Shown here piece after piece: positions 33,901 to 42,261 of a DNA stretch of 64,000 nt (position 1 is its first letter; each line of letters begins with the position of its first letter). The notes beneath the pieces are model-generated. The model was not told the DNA's origin, made no database searches, and worked only from the letters and a program-made list of their open reading frames with translations. Both the position numbers and the translations under genes were made by a program. Source of the stretch: a virus; the IMG/VR virus record IMGVR_UViG_3300045988_061617, positions 1-64,000 of that record, one strand, 5' to 3'.

Positions 33901-36638
33901 AACAGGGAGATAATACTCTACAACAAACTTTTACTAACTTAAGTACTACTCTTACTACTACAGTAAATGAGTTGAGGACTTATGTAAGTGAGACCCGTAC
34001 TGAGTTATTAACTTCTCTGAATGCTACGAATGCTCTGGTAACTCAGAATACGGCTAATATCCAACGTAACCTGGAATTAATCCAGGGTATTCAAGATAAT
34101 ATTAACGGTAACTATACGGCAATTACTGATTTGCTGAATAATGAAATCGCTGCTCGTAAAGCTGAGGATATTAGATTAGAAGCAAAGATTGATCAAAATA
34201 CTTCCAATCTCAACACCGAGAGAGAAGAAAGAAAGGCAGCTGATAAAGTTCTTCAAGATAATATCGATGCAGAGGAAGCTGCTCGTATTGCTGCAGATAC
34301 TGCCTTGGGTAAACGTCTAGATAAAGAAATTCAAGACAGAACCGATGCAGATACCGCCTTGGATAATAAGTTTACTGGTGTTACAGATGATCATGAGGAA
34401 AGATTGGTAGCTGAGGAAGCAACTTCGGAGGCTTTACCAGATACTATGGTTACTGATGTAAGTACCGTGAGTAGAACTGCTACTCAGCTATCCTTTAAGG
34501 TAAAGACTTCAACTAAAGATAACTCAAATAATCAATATGGTGAAGAGGTAGAAGCTACCAAGAATATCCTTCAGGCAACTCAAACTCTTGCTGGAGTTAT
34601 GTCTGCTACAGATAAAGTTAAGTTAGATGGTTTAGACCCAAATGCTTTAACCGATATCTCTGCAGTTTCAGATGCTAATAAGGTAACAGTAACAATAACT
34701 AAAGATAATGGTTTAAATGCAGATACTATCGAAACTTTTGACTTGCCGCAAGTATCTGCAACTAATGCAGGTACCCTGTCTGCTAAAGATAAAGTAGAAT
34801 TAGATAGAATTACTACTGCTAATTTTGCTCTTGGGGATGTAACTCCAAATGAAACTTCAGTAGGCATTGCTGCTAGTAAAACCCTAATTGAAGATGGTAC
34901 AGTAGAACAGAATCCAATTACTATATCAGCTTCTACTGTAGAAAAAGCCGGTGTACAATCTGCTGCAGATAAGAAGTTATTTGATTCTATGCCTAAGGTA
35001 TGGCTTACAGAACCCAGGAATATTATTCCGGAATTAGATAAGGTGACTTTAGCCCAATCCATATCCAGAGTATCCTCAGAAAGCGGAACTTATGTGGCAT
35101 CTGGTAATTTGTATACCGATTTACCTGGAGCTACTAAAACTACTGCAGGAGTTATGACTGCAGCTGATAAGGTTAACTTAGATGAGACATTACCTAATAC
35201 CATTTCCCAGGAATCCCAAGCTAGAGAAGATGCAGATACTGCTTTAGATAATAAGTTGCAAACAAACATTGATACTCTAGAATCTAAGCATGATGCCTTT
35301 GTAGCAATGAAAGGTAAAGCTAATGGTTTTGCTCCACTTGATGAAAATGCACTAATCCCAGCTAATCACTTGCCTTCATATGTAGATGATGCAATTGAAG
35401 TATATGCTACTTATGATATAAGTCCTACTGGAGGTCTTACAAATATCCAATTATATTCCGATACAGACCATCAAACACCCATAGTAGGAGAATCAGGTAA
35501 GATATATATCAACATCACTGAGGATGAACCTGCATATCAATTCCGTTGGTCAGGGGAAAGATTCGTAGATATTAATACTTCTTCCCTTATTATTGGGGAA
35601 ATTGCGGGTACTGCTTTTGAAGGCAATAGAGGTAAAGTTTTAGAGGAAGTATCTAGTAGTTTGCCTTCTGTATTGGTATCCGGCTTAGAATCTTTTACAT
35701 ACACCCTGGACAAAGTTAATCTCACTTATGTTAGAAGATCCAAAACTGATAGTAATAACGGTATTTATAAACCAGTAGAGAATATACTCAGGTCGATTAA
35801 TGCAGTAACCAAAACTACTGCAGGAGTTATGACTGCTCAAGATAAGGTTAATCTTGATGAGACATTACCTCAGGCTATTGAGAATGAGGCAACTAATCGT
35901 ACCAATGCTATTAATGATCTTCGTATAGAATTAAAAACTTACGTTGATGATTTGGTGGCAAATACTGATTCTGATTTAACTGCATTAGAGGCTGTAGTAA
36001 ATACTCACCTTACAGATAGAGCTAATCCTCATTTAGTTACAAAAGTTCAAGTTGGATTGGGTAATGTCAATAATACTTCGGATGCAGATAAACCAGTATC
36101 TACTGCACAAGCTGCTTCTATTGCAGATGCTAAGGCTGCAGGTACTGCTGCTCAAAGTTCTATTGATACCCATGCTGGAAGAAAGGATAATCCTCATACC
36201 GTAACAAGAGGTCAGTTAGGATTGGATACTACCGACCAGGTAGTATTTGCTAAGACTACTGCCCCTTCTGGTTTCTGGAAAGAATCCTCAGATATTCGAC
36301 TCAAATCTAATCTTAAAGATTTGAATCATACTCTGGAACAGATTTGCCAGATACCCACTAAATCATTCAATATGAATGGTAAGGAGGATGAGGGAACTAT
36401 TGCTCAAAACCTTGAAGCATTGGGATTCGGTAAATACGTTGATGAGGCACCAGTAGAAAAATCCCAAGTTGATAACCCCGAGGATTTCGAAACTATAGAG
36501 ATCAACGGGGAAGAATATGTACTCGTAAAACAAGTTAAATATCATAAGATGTCAACTTTGGCTATCGAAGGTATTAAACTTCTTTATGATGAGATTAAGA
36601 CTTTGAAGGCAGAAATTCAAGAACTTAAATCAGAATAA
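30954..36638 (+). CDS. giant fibre protein (1894 aa) with C-terminal intramolecular chaperone (Peptidase S74-type) domain
   Basis: Three ~95-aa modules and long runs of 18-aa repeats are present. The G(V/T)(M/L)SAxDKxKLD motif repeats, and GLGNVNNTSDADKPVSTAQ is a typical fibre motif. The C-terminal SDIRLKSNLKDL...GTIAQNLEALGF matches the SDxRxK auto-cleavage chaperone signature. Confidence 0.85.
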   Translation: MYVSKYYTCEEIDQRLLQGYYDDFVRAGFGGTINEFWAFVLSIKDKVDKKEGYGLSENDFTNELKAKLDGIEEHANYITKVSQLENDLKFQTDEDVRKAISDLVDGADDALDTLKELAEALGNDPNFATTITNKLTELRTALTEEINRAKEAEAALGAAVAAVEQDLEYAIEQIINKIDTVKSDLKAEIDRVEKKVDKNAEDIKNLEDKVNEKNDQLEDELKGLIQQEKDDRIAADNEIKESVNELKTLHINDKAEVLSKIAEEVSNRTNSDTILDSKINEEITNRQADTQSLQGKIDQEKVDRHSEDQVLHNEVSKEVADRTNADNLLQSNIDKEAQARTSADQVLQNNIDSEATTRAAQDLVLDHKIEDIKLQGQADKAQLLEAIAAEAMARENADIDLDNQKVDKREGYSLTKNDFTDILKAKLDGIEEHANYITHLSQLINDSGFQTEDEVKAAIQEIVGAAPEVLDTLKEIADALGNDPNFATTITKKLAAITEQVNQEIEDRIAGDEANSAEVATETQARKDADIALEAKLKEYIDNKSATGDAAIGVVRDNLNKEIQDRKDADAAIQASLDKEIAYRKTADDAYTVSLNNVNRRVSELALSIQDSINTLRNELTAQVNANTTAIATNEHNIERNSEAITNLTKTVGDNYKEVKDMINEEIVDRTNADSSLGSRIDTLNINLNTERTERIAADQVLQVNLDKEVADRTNADTALKTEMTSKLDNTKQALESEIDKLNTKLDQEKTDRTNADTALGARIDSLEAGNTTAITKLEEKVNGNTTAINTEKERAIAKENSIEAKVNTNLQNHKDDMASVNQGMLTEKNERLAGDTLLQNNIDKEATERANQDTLINNALAQEKADRIAADEVLDEKKVDKVDGKVLSSNDFTDLLYAKLNGIEEKANYITKVSQLLNDSDYQTEEEVNEAIQRVIGSAPEVLDTLAEIAKALGDDPNFAATMTAKLTELENKLEAEKNLREQGDNTLQQTFTNLSTTLTTTVNELRTYVSETRTELLTSLNATNALVTQNTANIQRNLELIQGIQDNINGNYTAITDLLNNEIAARKAEDIRLEAKIDQNTSNLNTEREERKAADKVLQDNIDAEEAARIAADTALGKRLDKEIQDRTDADTALDNKFTGVTDDHEERLVAEEATSEALPDTMVTDVSTVSRTATQLSFKVKTSTKDNSNNQYGEEVEATKNILQATQTLAGVMSATDKVKLDGLDPNALTDISAVSDANKVTVTITKDNGLNADTIETFDLPQVSATNAGTLSAKDKVELDRITTANFALGDVTPNETSVGIAASKTLIEDGTVEQNPITISASTVEKAGVQSAADKKLFDSMPKVWLTEPRNIIPELDKVTLAQSISRVSSESGTYVASGNLYTDLPGATKTTAGVMTAADKVNLDETLPNTISQESQAREDADTALDNKLQTNIDTLESKHDAFVAMKGKANGFAPLDENALIPANHLPSYVDDAIEVYATYDISPTGGLTNIQLYSDTDHQTPIVGESGKIYINITEDEPAYQFRWSGERFVDINTSSLIIGEIAGTAFEGNRGKVLEEVSSSLPSVLVSGLESFTYTLDKVNLTYVRRSKTDSNNGIYKPVENILRSINAVTKTTAGVMTAQDKVNLDETLPQAIENEATNRTNAINDLRIELKTYVDDLVANTDSDLTALEAVVNTHLTDRANPHLVTKVQVGLGNVNNTSDADKPVSTAQAASIADAKAAGTAAQSSIDTHAGRKDNPHTVTRGQLGLDTTDQVVFAKTTAPSGFWKESSDIRLKSNLKDLNHTLEQICQIPTKSFNMNGKEDEGTIAQNLEALGFGKYVDEAPVEKSQVDNPEDFETIEINGEEYVLVKQVKYHKMSTLAIEGIKLLYDEIKTLKAEIQELKSE
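31092..31385 (+). repeat. fibre module copy 1 (~95 aa)
   Basis: VDKKEGYGLSENDFTNELKAKLDGIEEHANYITKVSQL...DALDTLKELAEALGNDPNFATTITNKL. Confidence 0.85.
32169..32460 (+). repeat. fibre module copy 2
   Basis: VDKREGYSLTKNDFTDILKAKLDGIEEHANYITHLSQL...EVLDTLKEIADALGNDPNFATTITKKL. Confidence 0.85.
33591..33885 (+). repeat. fibre module copy 3
   Basis: VDKVDGKVLSSNDFTDLLYAKLNGIEEKANYITKVSQL...EVLDTLAEIAKALGDDPNFAATMTAKL. Confidence 0.85.
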
Positions 36639-36642
36639 TATT

Positions 36643-38436
36643 ATGGGAGAGATAGCAACTTGGAGTGCTGTCAAAACTAAAGTAGGCCTTGGTAGGGATG
36701 GTAATGACTGTCCTACCAAGGCTGAATTGTTAGCACTCTCTCCTACAGGAACGGGAGAAGATTATATTGGGTTGGAGCTATCCAATGCAAGTTCCTATGG
36801 TGATAATGAAACTGTACAGATAGAAGATGTTCATAAGGTAACTTATAAATATAATATTCATGTAATCAATCCGACTTTGAATTTCCCTGCTATCGGAGGG
36901 GTTGCTACACCGGCTTTCTTTACAGTCAGCTCTAATAAACAAAAATACCTGGATGGTGTTAAAAGTGGGTCACCAATAGGTGTAAATCATACTTATAGCT
37001 TACCATCTTGGGTATCTCAACGCGACGAGGGTTACTATGCTACTGAGAATCTAGAACTTACTGGTAGATCGGATACCGTAACTTTTATTCAAGACGAATC
37101 GGGTAAAACTGCTACTGGTACTTTTGTTCAAGCAGCAGCAACTCAAAATTGGGAGTACAGATTTGACTCTAATCTATCAGAACTTTCCTTTACAAAAATG
37201 GGAGGCACTTTCAGTATCAGGGTATCTTCATATAAGCAAGAATATAGAAATGGGCATACTTATGGTAGTACAATTAATATAAATTATACTAGAGGAAACT
37301 CTGGGGATGTTGATGGTACTGGTAATAATATACATATGAGTGAGAATAAATCTACTTCTGCCAGATATGGAACAGTTACATATACTCAGGCTGAGACTGG
37401 GAAGACATTAACCATATCTTGTACTCAGGAAGCTGGGGTTATTACTTACGGTGATATCTCCATAACTTCTAATCCTAAAGTTTCCGATATACCAGCAAGT
37501 GGAGGTACAATTAGTTCTTATTCTACTTTACCAGGATATTCTCAAACTTGGGGATGGAATGGTAACGATATGGGTGGGGGAACCATTACTTCTGGAGGTA
37601 CTATTAGTTATGGTTCTGCGGTTAGTGTTGGATCTTTGGGAACTACTGCGAAAAGTAGAACTCAGGTTGGTAGTTTAAGTGGTACCATCTCTTTAAACGG
37701 TAAATCTGTTAGTGTACCCTCGGTGGCAGTATATCAACAAGCTAACCAAGTAGAAAGAGTTACTAATGGTACCCCAGTTATAAGTTTATCAGCTGGTAAG
37801 TATACTTTTAGTAATAGGGGAGATTCTACTTCTATTTATGCTAGTGTAAGTATACCAACTACTAATCATTGGACTTCAGGGGCTACTTCTACAGGCTCTA
37901 GTAGAAGTGATACACCAAGTTTAAGTATTAGTGGTTCTGGGTTTAGTTTAAGTGGTACCACCGTATCAGCTTCAGAGAACACCGGTTCAGCTAGAAGTTG
38001 TACTGTAACAGCCTCATATTCAGGTGCTACATCTAAGTCGATTACTATCGAACAAGGTGCCGTTGATATAACTTATAATTATTATTTCGAGATCTATGAT
38101 AATTCTATATTGAGTACCTTTCCTGCATTGGGGGCAACTTATGAATTACCAATAACCTCTTATAAGAAAAAGGTAGTTAATGGTACAGAAACTTCTGATA
38201 ATTATCCGGTGCCTATAAATACTACAAACTTACCATCTTGGTTATCCATACCTACACCAACTTACAGTAGTTATGGGTATTATGTAATAAGAGCAACTGC
38301 TTCAGAGAATACATCGGAAAGTAGCCGTAGCCATACCTTCACTGTTGTTCAAACAGAATCAGGAAGACAACTAAATGTAGTAGCTCAACAAAATGCTGGA
38401 GTGGTTACATACAACTACGTATTCAGTATAGGATAA
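36643..38436 (+). CDS. five-module BACON-like domain protein (fibre-associated, putative glycan/receptor binding)
   Basis: Five consecutive ~100-120-aa modules each end in an R-x-(T/V)-x-T/V...Q..aG pattern, e.g. SARYGTVTYTQAETGKTLTISCTQEAG and SRSHTFTVVQTESGRQLNVVAQQNAG. Confidence 0.65.
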   Translation: MGEIATWSAVKTKVGLGRDGNDCPTKAELLALSPTGTGEDYIGLELSNASSYGDNETVQIEDVHKVTYKYNIHVINPTLNFPAIGGVATPAFFTVSSNKQKYLDGVKSGSPIGVNHTYSLPSWVSQRDEGYYATENLELTGRSDTVTFIQDESGKTATGTFVQAAATQNWEYRFDSNLSELSFTKMGGTFSIRVSSYKQEYRNGHTYGSTININYTRGNSGDVDGTGNNIHMSENKSTSARYGTVTYTQAETGKTLTISCTQEAGVITYGDISITSNPKVSDIPASGGTISSYSTLPGYSQTWGWNGNDMGGGTITSGGTISYGSAVSVGSLGTTAKSRTQVGSLSGTISLNGKSVSVPSVAVYQQANQVERVTNGTPVISLSAGKYTFSNRGDSTSIYASVSIPTTNHWTSGATSTGSSRSDTPSLSISGSGFSLSGTTVSASENTGSARSCTVTASYSGATSKSITIEQGAVDITYNYYFEIYDNSILSTFPALGATYELPITSYKKKVVNGTETSDNYPVPINTTNLPSWLSIPTPTYSSYGYYVIRATASENTSESSRSHTFTVVQTESGRQLNVVAQQNAGVVTYNYVFSIG

Positions 38437-38505
38437 TAAAGTACAACACTGCTTTATAGTTAATGTATAATTAACTCAAGTATTAATCTTTTAAAAACTA
38501 AGTCT

Positions 38506-39207
38506 ATGGGAGTAGAAGTTAAAAGCGGAGGTGAAGGTGTAATAGTAGCCGACCGCGGATGTAATGATGGTTGCTGTAATCATAACTCTGGTTGGGGTTC
38601 TGGTTGGGGAGCCGTTGGTGGTGCATTGGTAGGTGGTGGCTTTGGTGCTGCTGCAGTTTCTGTATTGGATAAAATCAATGATACTAAGGCCGATATCATG
38701 GGAGTAAACTCAACTGTAAAAGATTCCCAGTATAATCTGGGAAGAGATATTGCTTCAGCATCAGGCGAGGTAATCTCTGCAGTTAATGGAGTAGGTGATA
38801 AGGTAGACGGTACTGCCCGAGAAGTTTTGAATAATCGTTTCGCAACAGAAAGAGGTCTCTGCGATTTGGGTTACAAAACTAATTCGGATATCCGGGATTC
38901 TCGTGACCAGATGGGAGCAGGATTCAATCGTGTTATGGACCGCCTCTGCAATATGGAGCATTATCAACAGAATTGTTGCTGTGAAACCAAAGGTTTGATA
39001 AAAGAAGTAAAATCAGAACTGGCTCTTCAGTTGGAACGTTGCTGCTGTGATCTTAAGAATGGCCAACAGGAAATTAAGTGTCTCATAGAGAACACCGCTA
39101 AGGATCAAGAGATTGCCCGTCTTAACCGTGTAGTTGATGCTCAGAGAGATCAAAACATTATCAGCCAGGTAGTTGCTGCTTTGAAACCGACTACAACAAC
39201 TGCTTAA
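38506..39207 (+). CDS. Cys-cluster protein with Gly-rich hydrophobic N-terminal segment and helical C-terminus
   Basis: 233 aa. CC and CCC clusters are present (GCNDGCCNH, QQNCCCETKG, LERCCCDLKNG), along with a GAVGGALVGGGFGAAAVSVL segment. It has its own terminator. Confidence 0.65.
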   Translation: MGVEVKSGGEGVIVADRGCNDGCCNHNSGWGSGWGAVGGALVGGGFGAAAVSVLDKINDTKADIMGVNSTVKDSQYNLGRDIASASGEVISAVNGVGDKVDGTAREVLNNRFATERGLCDLGYKTNSDIRDSRDQMGAGFNRVMDRLCNMEHYQQNCCCETKGLIKEVKSELALQLERCCCDLKNGQQEIKCLIENTAKDQEIARLNRVVDAQRDQNIISQVVAALKPTTTTA

Positions 39208-39229
39208 TCTTTTGAATTAAAAGTGATAG

Positions 39230-39266
39230 AAAGGAGTGCATCTATTTAGGGTGTACTCCTTTTTTC
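39230..39266 (+). terminator. intrinsic terminator
   Basis: AAGGAGTGCA / TGTACTCCTT stem followed by TTTTT. Confidence 0.7.
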
Positions 39267-39291
39267 GTCTATACCGAAAAACTAAGGAATT

Positions 39292-39492
39292 ATGGAACAA
39301 GAAAAACTCACAGAATTCACTATACAAGTAGCTTTACCTGCTCCCAATGCAGAGATAGCAAAACAAGTAGCAAATAAAGCTCAGGTACTCATTGATCAGT
39401 TTGGATACTATCAATTCTTAAAATTGGTAGACTTCATGGAAAAGAATCCTGGAGCAGTATCTTTTGGTTTAAACTTAATAAATAGGAAGTGA
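39292..39492 (+). CDS. hypothetical small protein
   Basis: 66-aa ORF. Confidence 0.5.
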   Translation: MEQEKLTEFTIQVALPAPNAEIAKQVANKAQVLIDQFGYYQFLKLVDFMEKNPGAVSFGLNLINRK

Positions 39493-39493
39493 C

Positions 39494-40012
39494 ATGGAAG
39501 AATTGATTTTTCAAAAAGTACAGAAAGGTGATATAATCTTCACCTTAGAGAAAGACCGTAGGTCTGGTTACCCAATCTTTGATCAAGCCAGAGTATTAAA
39601 AGTTGGTGAAAGTAAACCCATGGCCTCTAATGGCAAAGAGGGTTTTGTTAATAGTATCGAATTAGTAATCCAAGATTCAATATCTCAAGTTACCCTCTAC
39701 TTACCAACAAATGTGAATGAGGGTATTTATAATGGTATATATTATACTACTAACCTTGAGAATATTATAAATGAGGTAGCTATGCAAAAGCAGAATGCCT
39801 TAAATATCTTAAATAATACATCGAAATTCGAGGCTATTGTTTCTGAATGTGATAATATTCTTGGTTCTATTAATCAACAGTTAGCTCCCAATAAACCAGC
39901 TCCTGAGTTTGAAGAGTTTAAGTTATCTATGGATGAAAGGTTAACTAATCAAGAAACTCTTTTATTGAGGATTGCTAAAGAATTGGGATTGGATAAACCT
40001 AAACAACAATAA
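39494..40012 (+). CDS. hypothetical structural-module protein
   Basis: 172-aa ORF. Confidence 0.6.
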   Translation: MEELIFQKVQKGDIIFTLEKDRRSGYPIFDQARVLKVGESKPMASNGKEGFVNSIELVIQDSISQVTLYLPTNVNEGIYNGIYYTTNLENIINEVAMQKQNALNILNNTSKFEAIVSECDNILGSINQQLAPNKPAPEFEEFKLSMDERLTNQETLLLRIAKELGLDKPKQQ

Positions 40013-40017
40013 GAATT

Positions 40018-40572
40018 ATGCCAAGTAAGTCGGTTAATATTACACTATCGACTCCAATTGGTCCTCTAGAAATATACGTAGATAAACGAGAACAAGCTCG
40101 TGCAGCAAAGTTGATTGCTAAAACCCCAAGTATCTTAAACAAAGGCTATGCGAAAGGTACCGAAAGGTTTGGCAATCAACTTCTTCGTATAGTAAGACGA
40201 AGTTTAAATACTGGTGTACCTCCAAGGGGTTCTAACGTATCTTGGCCACCCCATGCACCTGGGACCATTAGGAAATATGGTGATCATACTATGTTACACC
40301 TTACGGGTCAATATGCCAGATCAGTTACTTTGGTAAAAGGTAGAAAACGAACTTTTGTGGGATTACCAATTGGAATAAGGAAGATTACCTATACTGGTAA
40401 GACTTCTAGAAAAACCCTAAACCAGATAGCTATCATGTTAGAGTATGGTAGTAGAGATGGTAATTTACCTCCTCGTCCTTTATGGGGTCCTGCTTATAAA
40501 GCAGCTGGTGGAAAGAAAGGCCTTATGAAGGAAATACGTAATGCAGTTAGAAACGAAATAAGAAAAATATAA
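40018..40572 (+). CDS. HK97 gp10-like head-tail joining / tail completion candidate
   Basis: IAIMLEYGSRDGNLPPRPLWGPA resembles the LEfGT...paRPFl block of the HK97 gp10 family. The position is between head and tail genes. Confidence 0.4.
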   Translation: MPSKSVNITLSTPIGPLEIYVDKREQARAAKLIAKTPSILNKGYAKGTERFGNQLLRIVRRSLNTGVPPRGSNVSWPPHAPGTIRKYGDHTMLHLTGQYARSVTLVKGRKRTFVGLPIGIRKITYTGKTSRKTLNQIAIMLEYGSRDGNLPPRPLWGPAYKAAGGKKGLMKEIRNAVRNEIRKI

Positions 40573-41498
40573 TGGCAAAAGATTTTGATATATCTCCCTT
40601 ATCTGGTATTGGCCCTGCTACAATTACTGTAAAACCCAAATCGGTTAATGATTCGGAATCGATTAGGGACCAAGTAATAAAGGTAGTAGTTCAGGGAGTA
40701 GAAAGGGAGATTACTTTAGTACAAAAGGGTGCTCCGCCTTCTGTAGAAACTTGGAGGAGTTTTCTTCGTATCGAACCAACGAGTTTAGATCAATTTACTG
40801 GTTCTAAGAGAAATGAAACCAAAGAATTATCGGTATATAGTTATGAACAGAAATACGTAAATGATCAACCTCAAGAGGTATATCGTTCCATAAACTTTTC
40901 AGTTGAAGGTAATTCAGATTGGTTAGATATTACTACAGAAGTTGGCGATGGTAATAACCCTGGAAAGGTTATTTTCAAAACTCTTTCATATAACCCAACT
41001 TATAATCCATCAACTTATGTACCATTATCCAGAGAAGTTCCAGTAAGGATAGTACAGAATTCTGGGGATAGACTATCCGTAGATCTAACCATAGTTCAAG
41101 GTCCTGGAGAACGAACGGAAGCCTATGGTTTCGAGCCCACTCCTCATGCAGGGCATGGCTTTGCCAATCAAAATGCTTCTAAACAAGTAACTGTTCAGGG
41201 TTATGAGTATATTAACATTAATGGTACTGAAGTATCTAAGTCTGTTAAACCCTTTAAAATACCTACCATAGCTGAACATAAGACTGGTAACTTTGGAATA
41301 ATAGGTCAGGACCCTGTACAATGGGAAGCTTATATTACTGATTATCCCTCGAGTGTAGTAAACACTTTCATTAATCAAATGACTTGTGTAGTACACTTTA
41401 ATAGTGCTATGGTTGGAACTATTAGTGTTACTTGGGATGCCTCTTTTAGTTCCAATGGGCAAACCAAAACTGGCAGGTTTATTTTGGTAAATACATAA
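40572..41498 (+). CDS. BACON-like domain protein (two N-terminal modules)
   Basis: ISPLSGIGPATITVKPKSVNDSESIRDQVIKVVVQGVEREITLVQKGAP is followed by a second module with YSYEQKYVND...WLDITT...REVPVRIVQNSGDRLSVDLTIVQGPG. Confidence 0.55.
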   Translation: MAKDFDISPLSGIGPATITVKPKSVNDSESIRDQVIKVVVQGVEREITLVQKGAPPSVETWRSFLRIEPTSLDQFTGSKRNETKELSVYSYEQKYVNDQPQEVYRSINFSVEGNSDWLDITTEVGDGNNPGKVIFKTLSYNPTYNPSTYVPLSREVPVRIVQNSGDRLSVDLTIVQGPGERTEAYGFEPTPHAGHGFANQNASKQVTVQGYEYININGTEVSKSVKPFKIPTIAEHKTGNFGIIGQDPVQWEAYITDYPSSVVNTFINQMTCVVHFNSAMVGTISVTWDASFSSNGQTKTGRFILVNT

Positions 41499-41502
41499 CA
41501 AT

Positions 41503-42207
41503 ATGGTAAATTCAGAGGAAGTAGTTGAAAGAACTTTCTATATAAGTTTACTCAACGTATTATTGAAGAATGGTCTTACCTTAAATCCTGAAGATTATTT
41601 ACCGCTCTCTCCACAGAATGAGAAAAGATTCCTTGAAGATATGAATGGTATGAAAAAGTTCATACCTCTTTGGGGAGTAAGTAATAATCAGGTAAAGGGT
41701 CCTAAGACACTCCCTCGTATAACTCTGGAATTACAGGGGTATTACTCGGGAGATATTGGAATAGAAAAATACATTATCGGTGATAAGTTAGAAGACGGTA
41801 ATTATCAGTCTTCAGAATTCCCTTATGAAACTAAGGATATCACTATTGATGTACACCTCGTTTCTCAAACGCAAGCAGATATGAGATTACTACATAATAT
41901 ATTATACACTGCTTTGCCATCGAGAGGATACATAAGACCCTATTTCAATGATTTAGAAGAATGGGAGGAGGGGAGAATTGCTCCAACTGGGAATCTATTT
42001 ATTGAAATAGGTAACTACTATGACCATCCAGATGTAGAACATGGGATATTAGAGAAAGTATACACTTATACTTGTAAGGATGGTATACTTCCAGAGAAAG
42101 CTTTGGAAGATGGTGCTCTTACATCTATAAAAGATATTTCAGTTCTCATGGGTTTAGTAGAACAAAACGAAAAAGATCTGTTAGAATTAAAAGTACCTAA
42201 TCAATAG
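41503..42207 (+). CDS. hypothetical neck/tail protein
   Basis: 234-aa ORF immediately upstream of the sheath gene. Confidence 0.55.
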   Translation: MVNSEEVVERTFYISLLNVLLKNGLTLNPEDYLPLSPQNEKRFLEDMNGMKKFIPLWGVSNNQVKGPKTLPRITLELQGYYSGDIGIEKYIIGDKLEDGNYQSSEFPYETKDITIDVHLVSQTQADMRLLHNILYTALPSRGYIRPYFNDLEEWEEGRIAPTGNLFIEIGNYYDHPDVEHGILEKVYTYTCKDGILPEKALEDGALTSIKDISVLMGLVEQNEKDLLELKVPNQ

Positions 42208-42261
42208 GACGATACTCTAGGGTATAAATTAAACAAGTAATAACTTTAATCATATAAGAAT

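Noticed and set aside
30954-38436. Diversity-generating retroelement acting on the repeated fibre/BACON modules
   Set aside because: The window has no reverse-transcriptase-like ORF. The repeat copies differ by substitutions at all base types (compare 35136-35204 with 35811-35879) rather than the adenine-specific pattern expected of a template/variable repeat pair.
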